The notes under the pieces: model-generated
Seen by the model: only the letters and a program-made list of their open reading frames with translations
Database searches by the model: none
Told to the model about the DNA's origin: nothing
Position numbers and translations under genes: made by a program
Source of the DNA: an uncultured Methanobrevibacter sp.
GTDB lineage: Archaea > Methanobacteriota > Methanobacteria > Methanobacteriales > Methanobacteriaceae
Strand: one strand, 5' to 3'
Assembly: GCF_900317865.1 (NCBI RefSeq)
Contig: NZ_ONIK01000001.1
DNA length: 64,000 nt
In this document: positions 38,853-50,700 of the stretch, piece by piece
Layout: each line of letters opens with the position of its first letter
Numbering within the stretch: position 1 is the stretch's first letter

Positions 38853-39539
38853 ATGAATCAAGAAACAAATTTAGATAAAGCTTTAGAAGCTATTAAAAAT
38901 GGTGAATTCGTTCTAGTTTTTGACGATGATGATAGGGAAGGAGAAGTTGATATGATTATCGCTTCTGAATTTGTAACCCCGAAATCCATTGCTACTATGA
39001 GAAATGATGCCGGTGGTTTAATCTGTAATTGTTTACATGCAGATTTCTGTGATGCTATTCATTTACCATTCATGGTGGATATTATGAAAGCAGCAACTGA
39101 AAAATATCCTGAATTAGCAGAATTGGCACCTACTGACATTCCTTATGATGAAAGATCTTCATTTTCCATATGGACTAACCATAGAAAATCTTTCACAGGT
39201 GTTACAGACCACGACAGAGCAATGACAATTAGTGAAATGGCTAAAATGATGAAAGACGAAAGATTTGATGAATTTGGTGCAACATTTAGATCACCAGGTC
39301 ATGTTTGTCTTTTAAGAGGAGCAGATGGTCTTGTAAAAAACAGAAGAGGACACACTGAAATCGGTCTTGCATTATGTGAGATGGCAGGTGTTACTCCGGT
39401 TTGTGTAGTTTGTGAAATGATGGATGGTGAAACTGGACAAGCTACTTCAATTGCTGATGCTCGTAAATATGCTGAAGAAAATGGATTAGTCTTGCTTAGA
39501 GGCGAAGACATCATAAATAAATATTTAGATGAATACTAA
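38853..39539 (+). CDS. ribB: 3,4-dihydroxy-2-butanone-4-phosphate synthase (archaeal type)
   Basis: FVLVFDDDDREGEVDMIIASEFVTPKSIATMRNDAGGLICNCL...GHTE. SD aaggaga 7 nt upstream. Confidence 0.9.
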   Translation: MNQETNLDKALEAIKNGEFVLVFDDDDREGEVDMIIASEFVTPKSIATMRNDAGGLICNCLHADFCDAIHLPFMVDIMKAATEKYPELAELAPTDIPYDERSSFSIWTNHRKSFTGVTDHDRAMTISEMAKMMKDERFDEFGATFRSPGHVCLLRGADGLVKNRRGHTEIGLALCEMAGVTPVCVVCEMMDGETGQATSIADARKYAEENGLVLLRGEDIINKYLDEY

Positions 39540-39961
39540 CTATACATGTTAGTATTATCCATCCTTTTATTTTGAATATAGTTAATTATAAATTGAGTAA
39601 TCTGTTGTATCTTGTATGAATTATAAATGCTGAATACAACATATTTTCCGTCATGCATTCCTATTTTTAAACCGTCACGTATTTCTTTTGTAGGTTCTAC
39701 TTGAGATATTTTGTCCCATGTAATTCTCAATGTTTTACTTTTAAGGGCTTTTTCAAAATGGATTCCATCATCCATTATTTTAACTTTTTTAACTACACGG
39801 CGGTTTTTTGGAGAAGCTATTTGAATATCTCCATTTTCATCAAATACATAATCAGGAATTAAACAAGTTGCTTTCCAGCCCTGTTTTATTTTTTTTGCTA
39901 CCTGATGCCTATCTTTTTTTGTTAATTTAACACCTTGTTCCGGGCTTAAGTTAAGAGCCAT
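39536..39961 (-). CDS. Hypothetical basic protein (141 aa), translationally coupled to the upstream amidotransferase-like gene
   Basis: Its start overlaps the stop of the 39961-41451 gene. No recognisable motif. Confidence 0.45.
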   Translation of the reverse strand: MALNLSPEQGVKLTKKDRHQVAKKIKQGWKATCLIPDYVFDENGDIQIASPKNRRVVKKVKIMDDGIHFEKALKSKTLRITWDKISQVEPTKEIRDGLKIGMHDGKYVVFSIYNSYKIQQITQFIINYIQNKRMDNTNMYS

Positions 39962-41451
39962 TATATCACCTTATCTTTAATTTCTTTAAATGGAATTATA
40001 CGATTAAATTCAACTTCACTTGCCATATTGGCTATTTTTTCTACATCTATGGATTCCTCTACTAAGTCTAGTGCAGCTTTTGTAAATAAGTCATATCTGA
40101 TTTCTATTTCCGGTGTAAAACCTCTTGTTTCCAATTTAAGCTTTCCCACACTCAATATATCATCAACTTTTGTATTGTTTCTAATATAAGGAACTACGTT
40201 ATCGAATATATCTTGGTTATATATCTTATTTAATAGTATTGCCTTAACGTTCACACCAAACTTTTCCAACATATTTGCATGTGCTGTCAAATCAACTGCG
40301 GCGGATTCTATTCCGCCTTTGTTAACGCCTGAAATTAACAGCATCGGAATGTTTGATGACATTGCAATTTCAGCAGCTGAAAATGGAACTTTTTCATTTA
40401 ATAAACCAGTAAAGACACTCATAACACCTTCAATTAACACAATATCATAATCTGATGAGTTTAATTTATCTATTGTAGATTCAATATCCATCCAGCCTAA
40501 ATGTCCGATTTTAATGGAACTGAATTCGTTCATATAATCTTTTGTCAAGTATAATCCGGGAATAATGTCTCTAACATCAGGACCAACTTTTAAAAGAGCT
40601 ACTTTATAGCCTCTTTTTCTAAGTGCACCTGCCAGACCCGTTAAAATAAATGTTTTTCCTGAATCAGATCCGTTACTTCCAATCATTAAAAATTTAGGTT
40701 TATTGTTAATCTTTTTTTGAGGTATTTTTATATTTGTTCCAATTCCAACTTCACTTTGAATATATTCTTTAACATCTTTGTTTCTATTGTAAATATCATC
40801 AATATCATTTGCATCTATCTGATTTAGGAGATTTTCTACCAATATTGGGTTTTCATCCAATATATTATGAATCATTGTTCCGATAACATTTCCGTCATCG
40901 CTGCATGCTCCAGAGAAAATATTATAATCTCCAGCTTCATTAGTATCTCCATAATTCATTCTTTGGACTTTTGAGTAGAATAATGGTTTGGCATCACCGA
41001 CTACCTTTCCGTAGGTATGTGTGTGAAAACCGTTTATGTCTTCAGTTTGGTTTTTGGTTAAAAATGAGTTGTCATATACTTTAGCTATTACTCTGTCACT
41101 TGTAATCAAAGGTGAAAAATCAACATCAATCAATCCAAGACCCTCTTTTACAATAGGAACTTCTGATTTTCTTCCGATGTCTATTTGATTTGAAAGCAGC
41201 TGAAATCCGGCACAGATTCCAATAATAGGCTTTCCCATTTTGGCCATTTTCAGGATTTCCTTATTCAAATCCATATTAATGTCATTTGATTCGATTAAGG
41301 TTCCCCCAGGAATAATTAATGCATCAAGCTCTTCACTTGCTTTATTTCCATTAACCAAACCGTTTTCCTTTACTATGTCTGTTGGCAATTTTCCAAACTC
41401 TTCAAATCCGGGAACAGCACCTTTTACATATGCAAGTCCAATTTTTGTCAT
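39961..41451 (-). CDS. CbiA/CobQ-family amidotransferase homolog with permuted domain order (GATase first, P-loop domain second)
   Basis: N-terminus: DALIIPGGT...GKPIIGICAGFQLLS (CobQ/CobB-type GATase). C-terminus: GSNGSDSGKTFILTGLAGALRKRGYKVALLKVGPDVRD...IEGVMS (CbiA/dethiobiotin-synthase-like P-loop). Confidence 0.7.
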   Translation of the reverse strand: MTKIGLAYVKGAVPGFEEFGKLPTDIVKENGLVNGNKASEELDALIIPGGTLIESNDINMDLNKEILKMAKMGKPIIGICAGFQLLSNQIDIGRKSEVPIVKEGLGLIDVDFSPLITSDRVIAKVYDNSFLTKNQTEDINGFHTHTYGKVVGDAKPLFYSKVQRMNYGDTNEAGDYNIFSGACSDDGNVIGTMIHNILDENPILVENLLNQIDANDIDDIYNRNKDVKEYIQSEVGIGTNIKIPQKKINNKPKFLMIGSNGSDSGKTFILTGLAGALRKRGYKVALLKVGPDVRDIIPGLYLTKDYMNEFSSIKIGHLGWMDIESTIDKLNSSDYDIVLIEGVMSVFTGLLNEKVPFSAAEIAMSSNIPMLLISGVNKGGIESAAVDLTAHANMLEKFGVNVKAILLNKIYNQDIFDNVVPYIRNNTKVDDILSVGKLKLETRGFTPEIEIRYDLFTKAALDLVEESIDVEKIANMASEVEFNRIIPFKEIKDKVI

Positions 41452-41728
41452 AAAAATAACCTCACTAATATTATGATTTTAATAATTTTTAAACTTTTTT
41501 TGACATGTATTTCAAGTGTAAAATTTTGCCACTAACTCATAAAATAATCATGTTAATTAATATTAATAATTATTAAAATTGTGGGTCACACTCTGATTTA
41601 GAAAAAAATAGAAAAGTTAGTTAAAAGTGAAAAAAACCATTGAGTATATAATAATTTACATATAAATATTATATTATACATTTATTAACAAATATTTAAA
41701 TATATTGTGCATATAATCTGGTGTTTAC

Positions 41729-44700
41729 ATGAAATTTAAAAGAATAATTTTAATTTCATTGATTCTGTGTGTTTTATCAATTGCTTGTGTGTCAGCTAGT
41801 GACAATCAAACATCCGCAGATAATCTGCAAATCAATGATATAAATGCTAATGTAATTAATGATGAAATAAATGAGTATACTAATGATACGAATGATATAA
41901 AAGGAAATACCTCTGATGAAAGGAGTGTTGTCTTTGATGAAGTACTTTCTAGCAGCAATTCTGATGATAAGTTATCCGCTCCAAAAGAAGGAACACGTGA
42001 TGAATTGAATAATTTGATTATTGCTGCAAAACCAGGCTCAACTGTAACCTTGGATAAGGATTATAGTTTTGAAAGTGATGTGAAAAGTGTTGAGATAACA
42101 AAAAATATTGTAATTGACGGTAAGGGACATACTATTTATCCAGGATATAATCCTGTTTTTGATTTTAAGCATAACACCCCTAGTGGAAAGATAGAAATAA
42201 AAAATATCACTTTTGTACGTGGAATTGGCAGTGCAATTCATTTTAATGAAGAATCTTGTCCTTTTATAATTTCCAATTGTAGATTTATAAACTGTTCTTC
42301 CCAAATTGGAGGCGCAATCGCAGGGGCGGCAAAATATACCTCAAATATTATTAATTGCAGTTTTAAAGGATGCCATGGTATGGGTGAATCCAAGGTTGTT
42401 AGAAAGGAAACATTTAACAGTGCTTCATCTAGCGCATTCAGTAACGGCGGTGCAATATACATGTCCGGTTCCGTTAATGTTAAATCCTGTAGATTTGAAG
42501 GCTGTTCTGCTGGAAACGGCGGTGCGATAGAGGCATATGGCAACTTTCAAATAATAGATTGTGTTTTTGTTAAAAATAAGGCCGGAAGAATTGATTCTTT
42601 TAACTCTTTAGAACATGGAGGTGCCATTCGTATTCATGGTGGATCTGGCGCTTTAATTAAGGGATGTACATTCAATGAAAATCATGCCGGACATTATGGG
42701 GGTGCAATATCATCATACGGCAATAATGTCAGAATTGAAGATAATGTTTTTAATTCCAATTACATAGATAATAGCATAAGAAGAGAAGGGGGAGCAATAT
42801 TTGTAGGTAGGGACTCCAAGATTGGTGACACACCTATTCAAATAACCCGTTGTGTATTCAATAATAATGGATATAACAACAATAACCATTACTGTAAATA
42901 TGGTGGAGCAATATATTTCAGTGATGGAATTATTTCAGGAACTGTTTCATATTGTAATTTTACAGGTAATGGTGCATCAAAAGAGGGTGGTGCAATATAT
43001 GCCTCATCCGATTGTAAATTCATTACTTTTAAAGGATGTGCGTTCACCAAAAATCAGGTTGAGAAATATGGCGGAGCCATATATCTTGATTCTAAATCTT
43101 CAACCATAGTGGATTGTGCATTTGTCGAACAGCCGAATGCAATATATTGTGATAATAAGGGATGCAGTGTTAAATTCTCCGCATTTTTAAATAACGGAAA
43201 TTATAATGTCTGGTCTACTAAAGAGATAAATATTGCAAACAATTGGTTTGGAAATACTATGGATAACAGGTTTTACGATTTTTCTAAACTCAAAGGCAAA
43301 GCAGTCAACCTTAATAATGCGGAAAATCTATATCTAGTTGCCACATCCATGGATAAAAACTACCACAATGGACAGGAATCTACCGTTAATTTAAACTTTA
43401 GATATATGCGTGACGAACCTACATCCTACAACAAATTACCTCCATTCAACAATCCTGCGATTAGTTATACTGTCAGTGGAGTAAATGCAGCTGTAACTTC
43501 CAAAAATAATTATCTGGCTAACGGCAAATCAAGTTTTAAATTCGTAGCAGATGCTTCTAAAAGCTCATCCTCTCTTACAGTAAATTGTCATGGTGCAAAA
43601 CTGACTTTAAAGTTTAAGATAAAACCAAATTCGTTCACTGCACTTCAAGCAGCGATTGACAGCTGTCAAAATGGAGTTTTAAATCTGACTCATAATTATA
43701 CTCGTGACAAATCTATCGACGGTGACATGACCGTAACTATTTCAAAAGACCTTGTGATTAATGGTAACGGTTTTACTTTGGATTCAAAAAATAGTGGCGG
43801 AGTATTTTTTATGAGTAGCCGTCCTAATGTGGACATAAATAATTTGAACATTGTTAATAGTAAATCAAAGTGGGGTTCGGCCATTTGGGGTTATATAAAT
43901 AATATGTCAATCAATAACTGCAGGTTCATTAATTGTTCAGCAAAATTTGAGGGAGGTGCGATTAACCTGGTTGGAAAAGTGCTTACAATAACCAATTCCA
44001 CTTTCATTAACAATACTGCTGATGAAAATGGGGGCTCTTTGATTGTAACGGGTATCAATACTGTAATTAGGGATTGCATTTTCATTAATTCCAATTCTGG
44101 TATGGAAGGATGTTTCATTTATCTTCACGCTAGCAGCAGATTAAATCTCACAGATTCCATATTGTTAACCAATTCAACATCAAAATATATTTCTAAACCA
44201 GAGGGTGAATCACTACGGTGGAATATTTCAGCTAACATTGAGAACAATTGGTTTAGCGGTACAAATGACGATATCTTAAAGAATTATGACAGAATCAATG
44301 ATTTCAAAGTCAAAAGTCTGCTTTATCTAAATGTCGCACCATCTTTGTATGATATTCCTATGGGAAACACATCAAAAATCAGCCTTAAATTTTATTCATA
44401 TGATGTGAACTCAAGACGTAGCACTGCCTTAACCAGCTTCAGAAACATGAAATTTAACGTCAAATTGTTGAAGGAGGGAGGAAGACTCAGTTCCAATTCA
44501 ATAATATTAAACAATAATGAAGGAAATGTGGTTTATATTTCAAGCTCTAATGGCATAATGCCTGTTGAATTTAACTATGAATTATTCAGCCATAGAATTT
44601 ATCTTAATCAGTACGGTGATAATTCTTTCACCGCCCTTCAATATTTGATTAATAATTCAGGAAATGTCATAAACCTCACTAAGGATTATACTTTTTCAAA

Positions 44701-47700
44701 TATTTCCGATTATAAACTGTTTGATGGCGTTTATATTAATAAAGATTTAACAATTAATGGTAAGGGCCATATTCTCAGCGGTAGTGGACAGGCCAGAATC
44801 TTTAATATAGGCGGACATACAGTTGTTTTAAACAATATCACATTCATTAAGGGTAAAGCTGATGATGGTGGTGCAATTTTCGCTTCCCCTACATCTTCCT
44901 TGTCTATCGATTCATGCAGATTCGAAAACAATACTGCCAAAAACGGCGGTGCGATTTATCTTAAATATTTCAAAAGCATAATCATGGAGTCATCTTTCTT
45001 CAAAAACAATTCCGCCACTGCAACAGGCGGCGCAATCTATTATTATGGAAACTATGGAAATAAGGAATTGTTCGACATAACAGGCACTTTCATAAATAAC
45101 CGAGCCGGTGTGGATGGAGGTGCGATATATGAACATGATATTGCGAATTATCGCCTAAAAGGTAATTTCACAAACAATACTGCCGGAAGAAATGGTGGTG
45201 CGGTCTGTTCAGATTCAGTTTTTGTCATTGGAACGATTTCCATTGACGGCATTTTCGATTCAAATGCGGCTGCTTTTGGTGGTGCTGTTTATAGTTTCAA
45301 TCCATTCGGAAACTTCACAGGCATCTACCAGAATAACAGGGCATCTCAGGATGGAGGTGCAATTTACATGGTCAGAAGTTCTGTAAGATATGGAATGCCT
45401 AACACCATCAGCGGCGAATTCTATTCCAACACTGCAAAAGGCCAAGGAAGTGCAGTCTGTGCAATGAATCTCAGTGATAAGGATGTGGATTTACATGATT
45501 CCATTTTCATGAAAAATAGTGGAAAATCCACGCTATATTCATCAGGTTATGCCTATCTTAATGTTCATGACTCCATTTTTGTTGAAAATCATGATGATAA
45601 AGTACTCGACACATCTAAGGATTATGCTGTTGACGGTCGTCTGAAAGCTTATAATAACTGGTTCGGCCATACGGTTGATAATTTTGATAAAAAGCCTTCT
45701 GTCGGTGAAAGAGTAATATTGAATGACTGGCTGTATGTAGATGTGGATTACGGTAAAACAGAAACCGATCTTAAATCTAAAAATAACATTATTTTTACAT
45801 TGAAATCATATGACGCTAAAAAAGAAAAAGTTTCAGATTATACTGGCAACTTTAAACTTAATTTAAGCTTAAAATCAGATAGCGGCAACTTCAGTACCAA
45901 TTCCTTTATTTTAGACAATGCCCCTGTTAAAGTTACATATGTTCCAAACAAATATGATGAAAATACTGTTGTTGTTTGGGCAAATCTATCAAAATATTCC
46001 CATAAGACATACGAAATTAAATATAATGTAGTTGAGCATCCTAGCGATTCATTTTATGCATTACAATATGAAATAGATCATATGAAAGGAAATGTCCTTA
46101 ACTTAACTAATAATTATGAGTTCTATCCGGAAAGTGATACTCCAAATGGAGTAAAAGTAAATAAATCCATAACCATCAACGGGAATGGATTTGCCATTGA
46201 CGGTAAAGGAAGCTCCAACATATTCAATATTTCAGCTGACAATGTTGTTTTGGAAAATATCTCCCTAATCAACGGTAATGACATTAACGGCAGCGCAATA
46301 TACGCTGAAGGAAACAATATCATAATAAGGAATTCCATTTTATTGAATAACACTGATGTGGTTATCTATGCCACAAAATCATTAACTGCAAATTACAACT
46401 GGTGGGGAAATACTGCAGACACTTTCAATAAAAAAGCCAATGTCAGCAGCAATGTTATTTTAGATAATGCACTCTTTGCAACATTCAATGCCAAATCAAC
46501 TGTTATCGGTGCCGGAAATAACACAACAGTTGTTTTAAACTTAACCAATTTATACAACTTCTCTACAAAAACAAATTCAACATATGATGGACTTAACTTA
46601 TTTACATTTGACTTCAATGCTGAAGATGGAAAGGTTAATAAAACTTCAGATAAACTCAATAAAGGAATAATTAACGTTTCATTTGAAGTAATAGGTCCAC
46701 TTTACGCTGATATTTATGCCAAATATAAAAATGTGGTGTTAAACTATACATTTGAAGTAGTTTATGATGATGATTCATTCACCGCATTATATGCTTTGAT
46801 TAACAAAACAGCACCTAATGGCATTCTTAATCTGGAACATGACTATAAATTTTATTACTATGATGCGGATTATATTGAAGGCATTCCAATAGATAAGGCA
46901 ATTACCATTAATGGAAATGGATTTAATGTTAATGGAACAGGTGAATCCTGTGTATTTGTTGTATCTGCAGACAATGTCTTTCTGAGAAATATTAATATTT
47001 ATGATTCATTAGATGCTATCGAATGGCTTGGAAACAATGGATTAATAAACAATATCACAGTCAATAACAGTAACAGTTCATTAAATGCCTTTGGTTCAAA
47101 TCTGGTTATAAGGAATTCAAATTTCACTCATGCCAGCAGATATTCACTATATCTTGAAGGTTCAAATAATGTTGTTGACAACTGCAGATTTGTGGACAAT
47201 TCAGGTCCTTCAATAATTGGACTCAGCATGAACAATTTAACAATTGAAAATTCAACATTTAAAAATATTAACAGTCCAATTTCAGGAATCGTTGAAATAA
47301 TAGATTGTAAAGATGCAAATATCTCCAGCTGCATATTCAATAATCAAAATAACCAATCCATAATGATTTTAGAAGGTTCAACCGTTTATTTAAACAATAA
47401 TACTCTCTCAAAATCAGATTACATCTATAACTATGGTACTATTCTTTCAAAGACATATGCTCGCATGAACAAACTTAATTCAAGTTACATGGTCGACACC
47501 GAAATTTTATTAAACGCAACAATATACGACGATAACAATAATATCATATTAGTTGATGAGTTTTATTTCAAAATTGGAGAAAAACCCGCTAAGGCCAAAC
47601 TGAATAATACTGCATATGAATATAAATGGACATCAACAAATGGAACTTGGATTGTTATGCCCGACATAAACAAAACATCATTTAAAAACTGCGAGGTTGA

Positions 47701-50700
47701 TTCCGCAACAGTTAACGTGCTGAAATATAATTCATCCGTTATAATTACAGGCATTAGAGACATAATTTATGGTGAAGATGCAAACATAGAATTCGAGTTT
47801 AAAAACAGTACTGCAGTTTTAGTTACAGTGCTTCTTAACTCTGATGTGGTATTCAATGAAACCACAAATAAGACTAACATTATCATTCATGATTTGAAAA
47901 CCGGATTATATACTGTAATAATCAGCACTTTAGAAACTGGACGTTATCAATCCAGTAACGCTACTTCCGATTTAAGAGTCAACAGAGCAGGATCTTCATT
48001 GACTCTTGAAGCAATAGTTGATACCTATTACGGAAAAGATTTAATCATAAACTTCACTGTTGAAAATAGAACTGTCGTTACTGCTACAATTTATGATATT
48101 AATACCGGAAAATATGTTTTCAACGATATTGTTGAAGGCAATTTATTAGTCTTGAATAATTTGACTGTAGGTTCATACTCAATAACATTAAATAATCTCA
48201 TTAACCCAAATTACAATCCTAGCGGAGATTATTCTACATTCAATGTTTTAAAAGTCAATTCCACAATCAATATGGATGATGAAACAGAATATGTTTATGA
48301 CAATGTTACAATCAAGTATAATGTTGATAATTTAACCGATATCCTGGTTGCTGTCATTGATTTGGAAAGTGGTGACATATATAATTTCACAACCACAAAC
48401 TCAAGCATTAATCTTGATTTGGATGCAGGATCATACCAAATCACATTAGTCAATATGGAAACCGAAAACGTTTTCTCAAGCGAAGATTCAAAAACAATCA
48501 CTGTCCTACCTGCAAACACCTCAGTTAAAATAGATGACATAGACAATGTCCATTATGGAGAAGATGTTGAAATCATTTTTGATGTAATCAATGCTACAAA
48601 TGTCACAGTCATAGTAAAAAATGAAAAGAATGTCATTATTTATCAAAACAATACAAATGAAAGCTACATATATCTTTCAGATTTAAATGTAGGCAAATAT
48701 AGCGTGGAAGTTTATAATTCAGCGACCAATAATTTCAAGCCTAGCAATGACACAAAAACATTTAACGTATTAAAAGCAGGATCATTTATTGAAATCGAGT
48801 ATGATAATTTAACAACCTACGGAATACCATTCAAATTGGACTATGATGTGGAAAACGAAACACTTTTAAACATCCGCATTTATGATTCCAAAGGAAATAT
48901 CGTTTATGACAAAAATTTCGATGAAATTAGTGAACTTCCAGATGATATGAGTAATCTGACCGAAGAAGCTTATTTAGGTTACTATTTCTTTATTCATAGA
49001 AACTTAACAGTCGGAAAATATACATTTGAATTAAGAAATTTAGATACATCCAATGTAATCGGATATCTGGTTAACGGCAGTTTTGAAATTATAAAAACCA
49101 CATCCGAAATTGAAGTCTATGTAGAAGATATTGTATACGGTGAAGATTTAGAAATCCATATCGGCGTTATCAATACCACAATCGTCAATATTAAAATAAA
49201 AGACTATAAAGGCAGCATTGTTTATAATGATAATGTTACCAGTTCCCCAATCATAATCAGAAATTGGATTCCGGGCAATTATACTGTTATCGTTACAAAC
49301 CTTGATACAGAAAACATTATTGGAAATTCATCATCACAGGACTTCCAAGTCTTTAAAATCAATTCCACCATCAAATTAAACGACATATCAGACATTTATT
49401 ATGAAGATAATATTTCAATTAGTTTTGATGTTGAAAATAAAACTATTGTAAATATCAGGATTCAAAATCAGGATGGTGAAGTAGTTTATGACAATAACGT
49501 CACATCAGACACGATTATAGTTCCTAATTTGGATGCTGGAAACTACACAGTAACCGTTACAAATCTAGAAACATTCAATATTACCAAAAGCAGCGATTCC
49601 AAATCATTCAGAGTTTTAAAAAGAAACATCAACATTACAGTAACCGTTGAAAATAACATATATGGTGAGCCAACTGTCATTAATGTATACTCCGATATTG
49701 ACGGCACATTCCCGGTTATTATAGGCACACAACAAGTCCTTGTTAGTGTAAAAAATGGTTACGGAAAAAACACAACCAAACTTGATGCAGGAAATTACAT
49801 TGCTTATGTCAATTATACAAACGACAATTATAATATCAACATGACCAACAGCTCATTTATTGTATCTAAAGCAGACATTTCTTTAAGAATTGAAGTTTCA
49901 GATAAAGTATACACAGCTGATGTAACAGGCAAGGTATTTGCAAGTGTTGACGGTGAATATAGCGTTGTCATTAACGGCAATACAATTCCAGTAACTGTTA
50001 AAAACGGCTCAGGAGAATTTAATTTAGGCATATTAAAAACCGGAAATTACACAATTACAGTGATTTATAACGGAACTGACAATTATAAAGCCAATACCAA
50101 CAAAACTACATTTAAAGTTAGTAAAAGCGAAACTAACTTCAACATAAAAACGGATGCCAACAACATAACTTACGGAGACTCCTTAAAAATCACCCAAACA
50201 CTCCCAGGTGATGCAACAGGTACCATAACCTACACATACGCCAATGGAACCATAATAAAAGTTATCAAAGTTGGTGAATCATTTGTTTTATCCAACTTGG
50301 ATGCAGGATCTTATGTAATTTATGGATATTACTCCGGTGATTCCAATTACAAATCCGCCAGAGATAGTCTGACAATAACTGTCAATAAAGCCATGAACAA
50401 TATAATCGTATCTGGTGAAAATACAGTATATCCAGAAAACTCAACAATCAAAGTCATAGCAGATATTGATGGAGAATATACCGTTATTATTTCAGCTAAT
50501 AAAATCATTGTAAATGTAATTAATGGTGTTGGAATCGGTTCAATTTCTTTAGATGCAGGAAAATACATCGCAAATATCAAATACACAAACAAAAATTATG
50601 AAAACAATATCAAAAGCATAGCATTCAATGTTGCCAAGGCCAATATTACCTTAAGCGTTGAAGTCTTAGATAAGGTTTACACAGAGGATGTAGATGGTAA

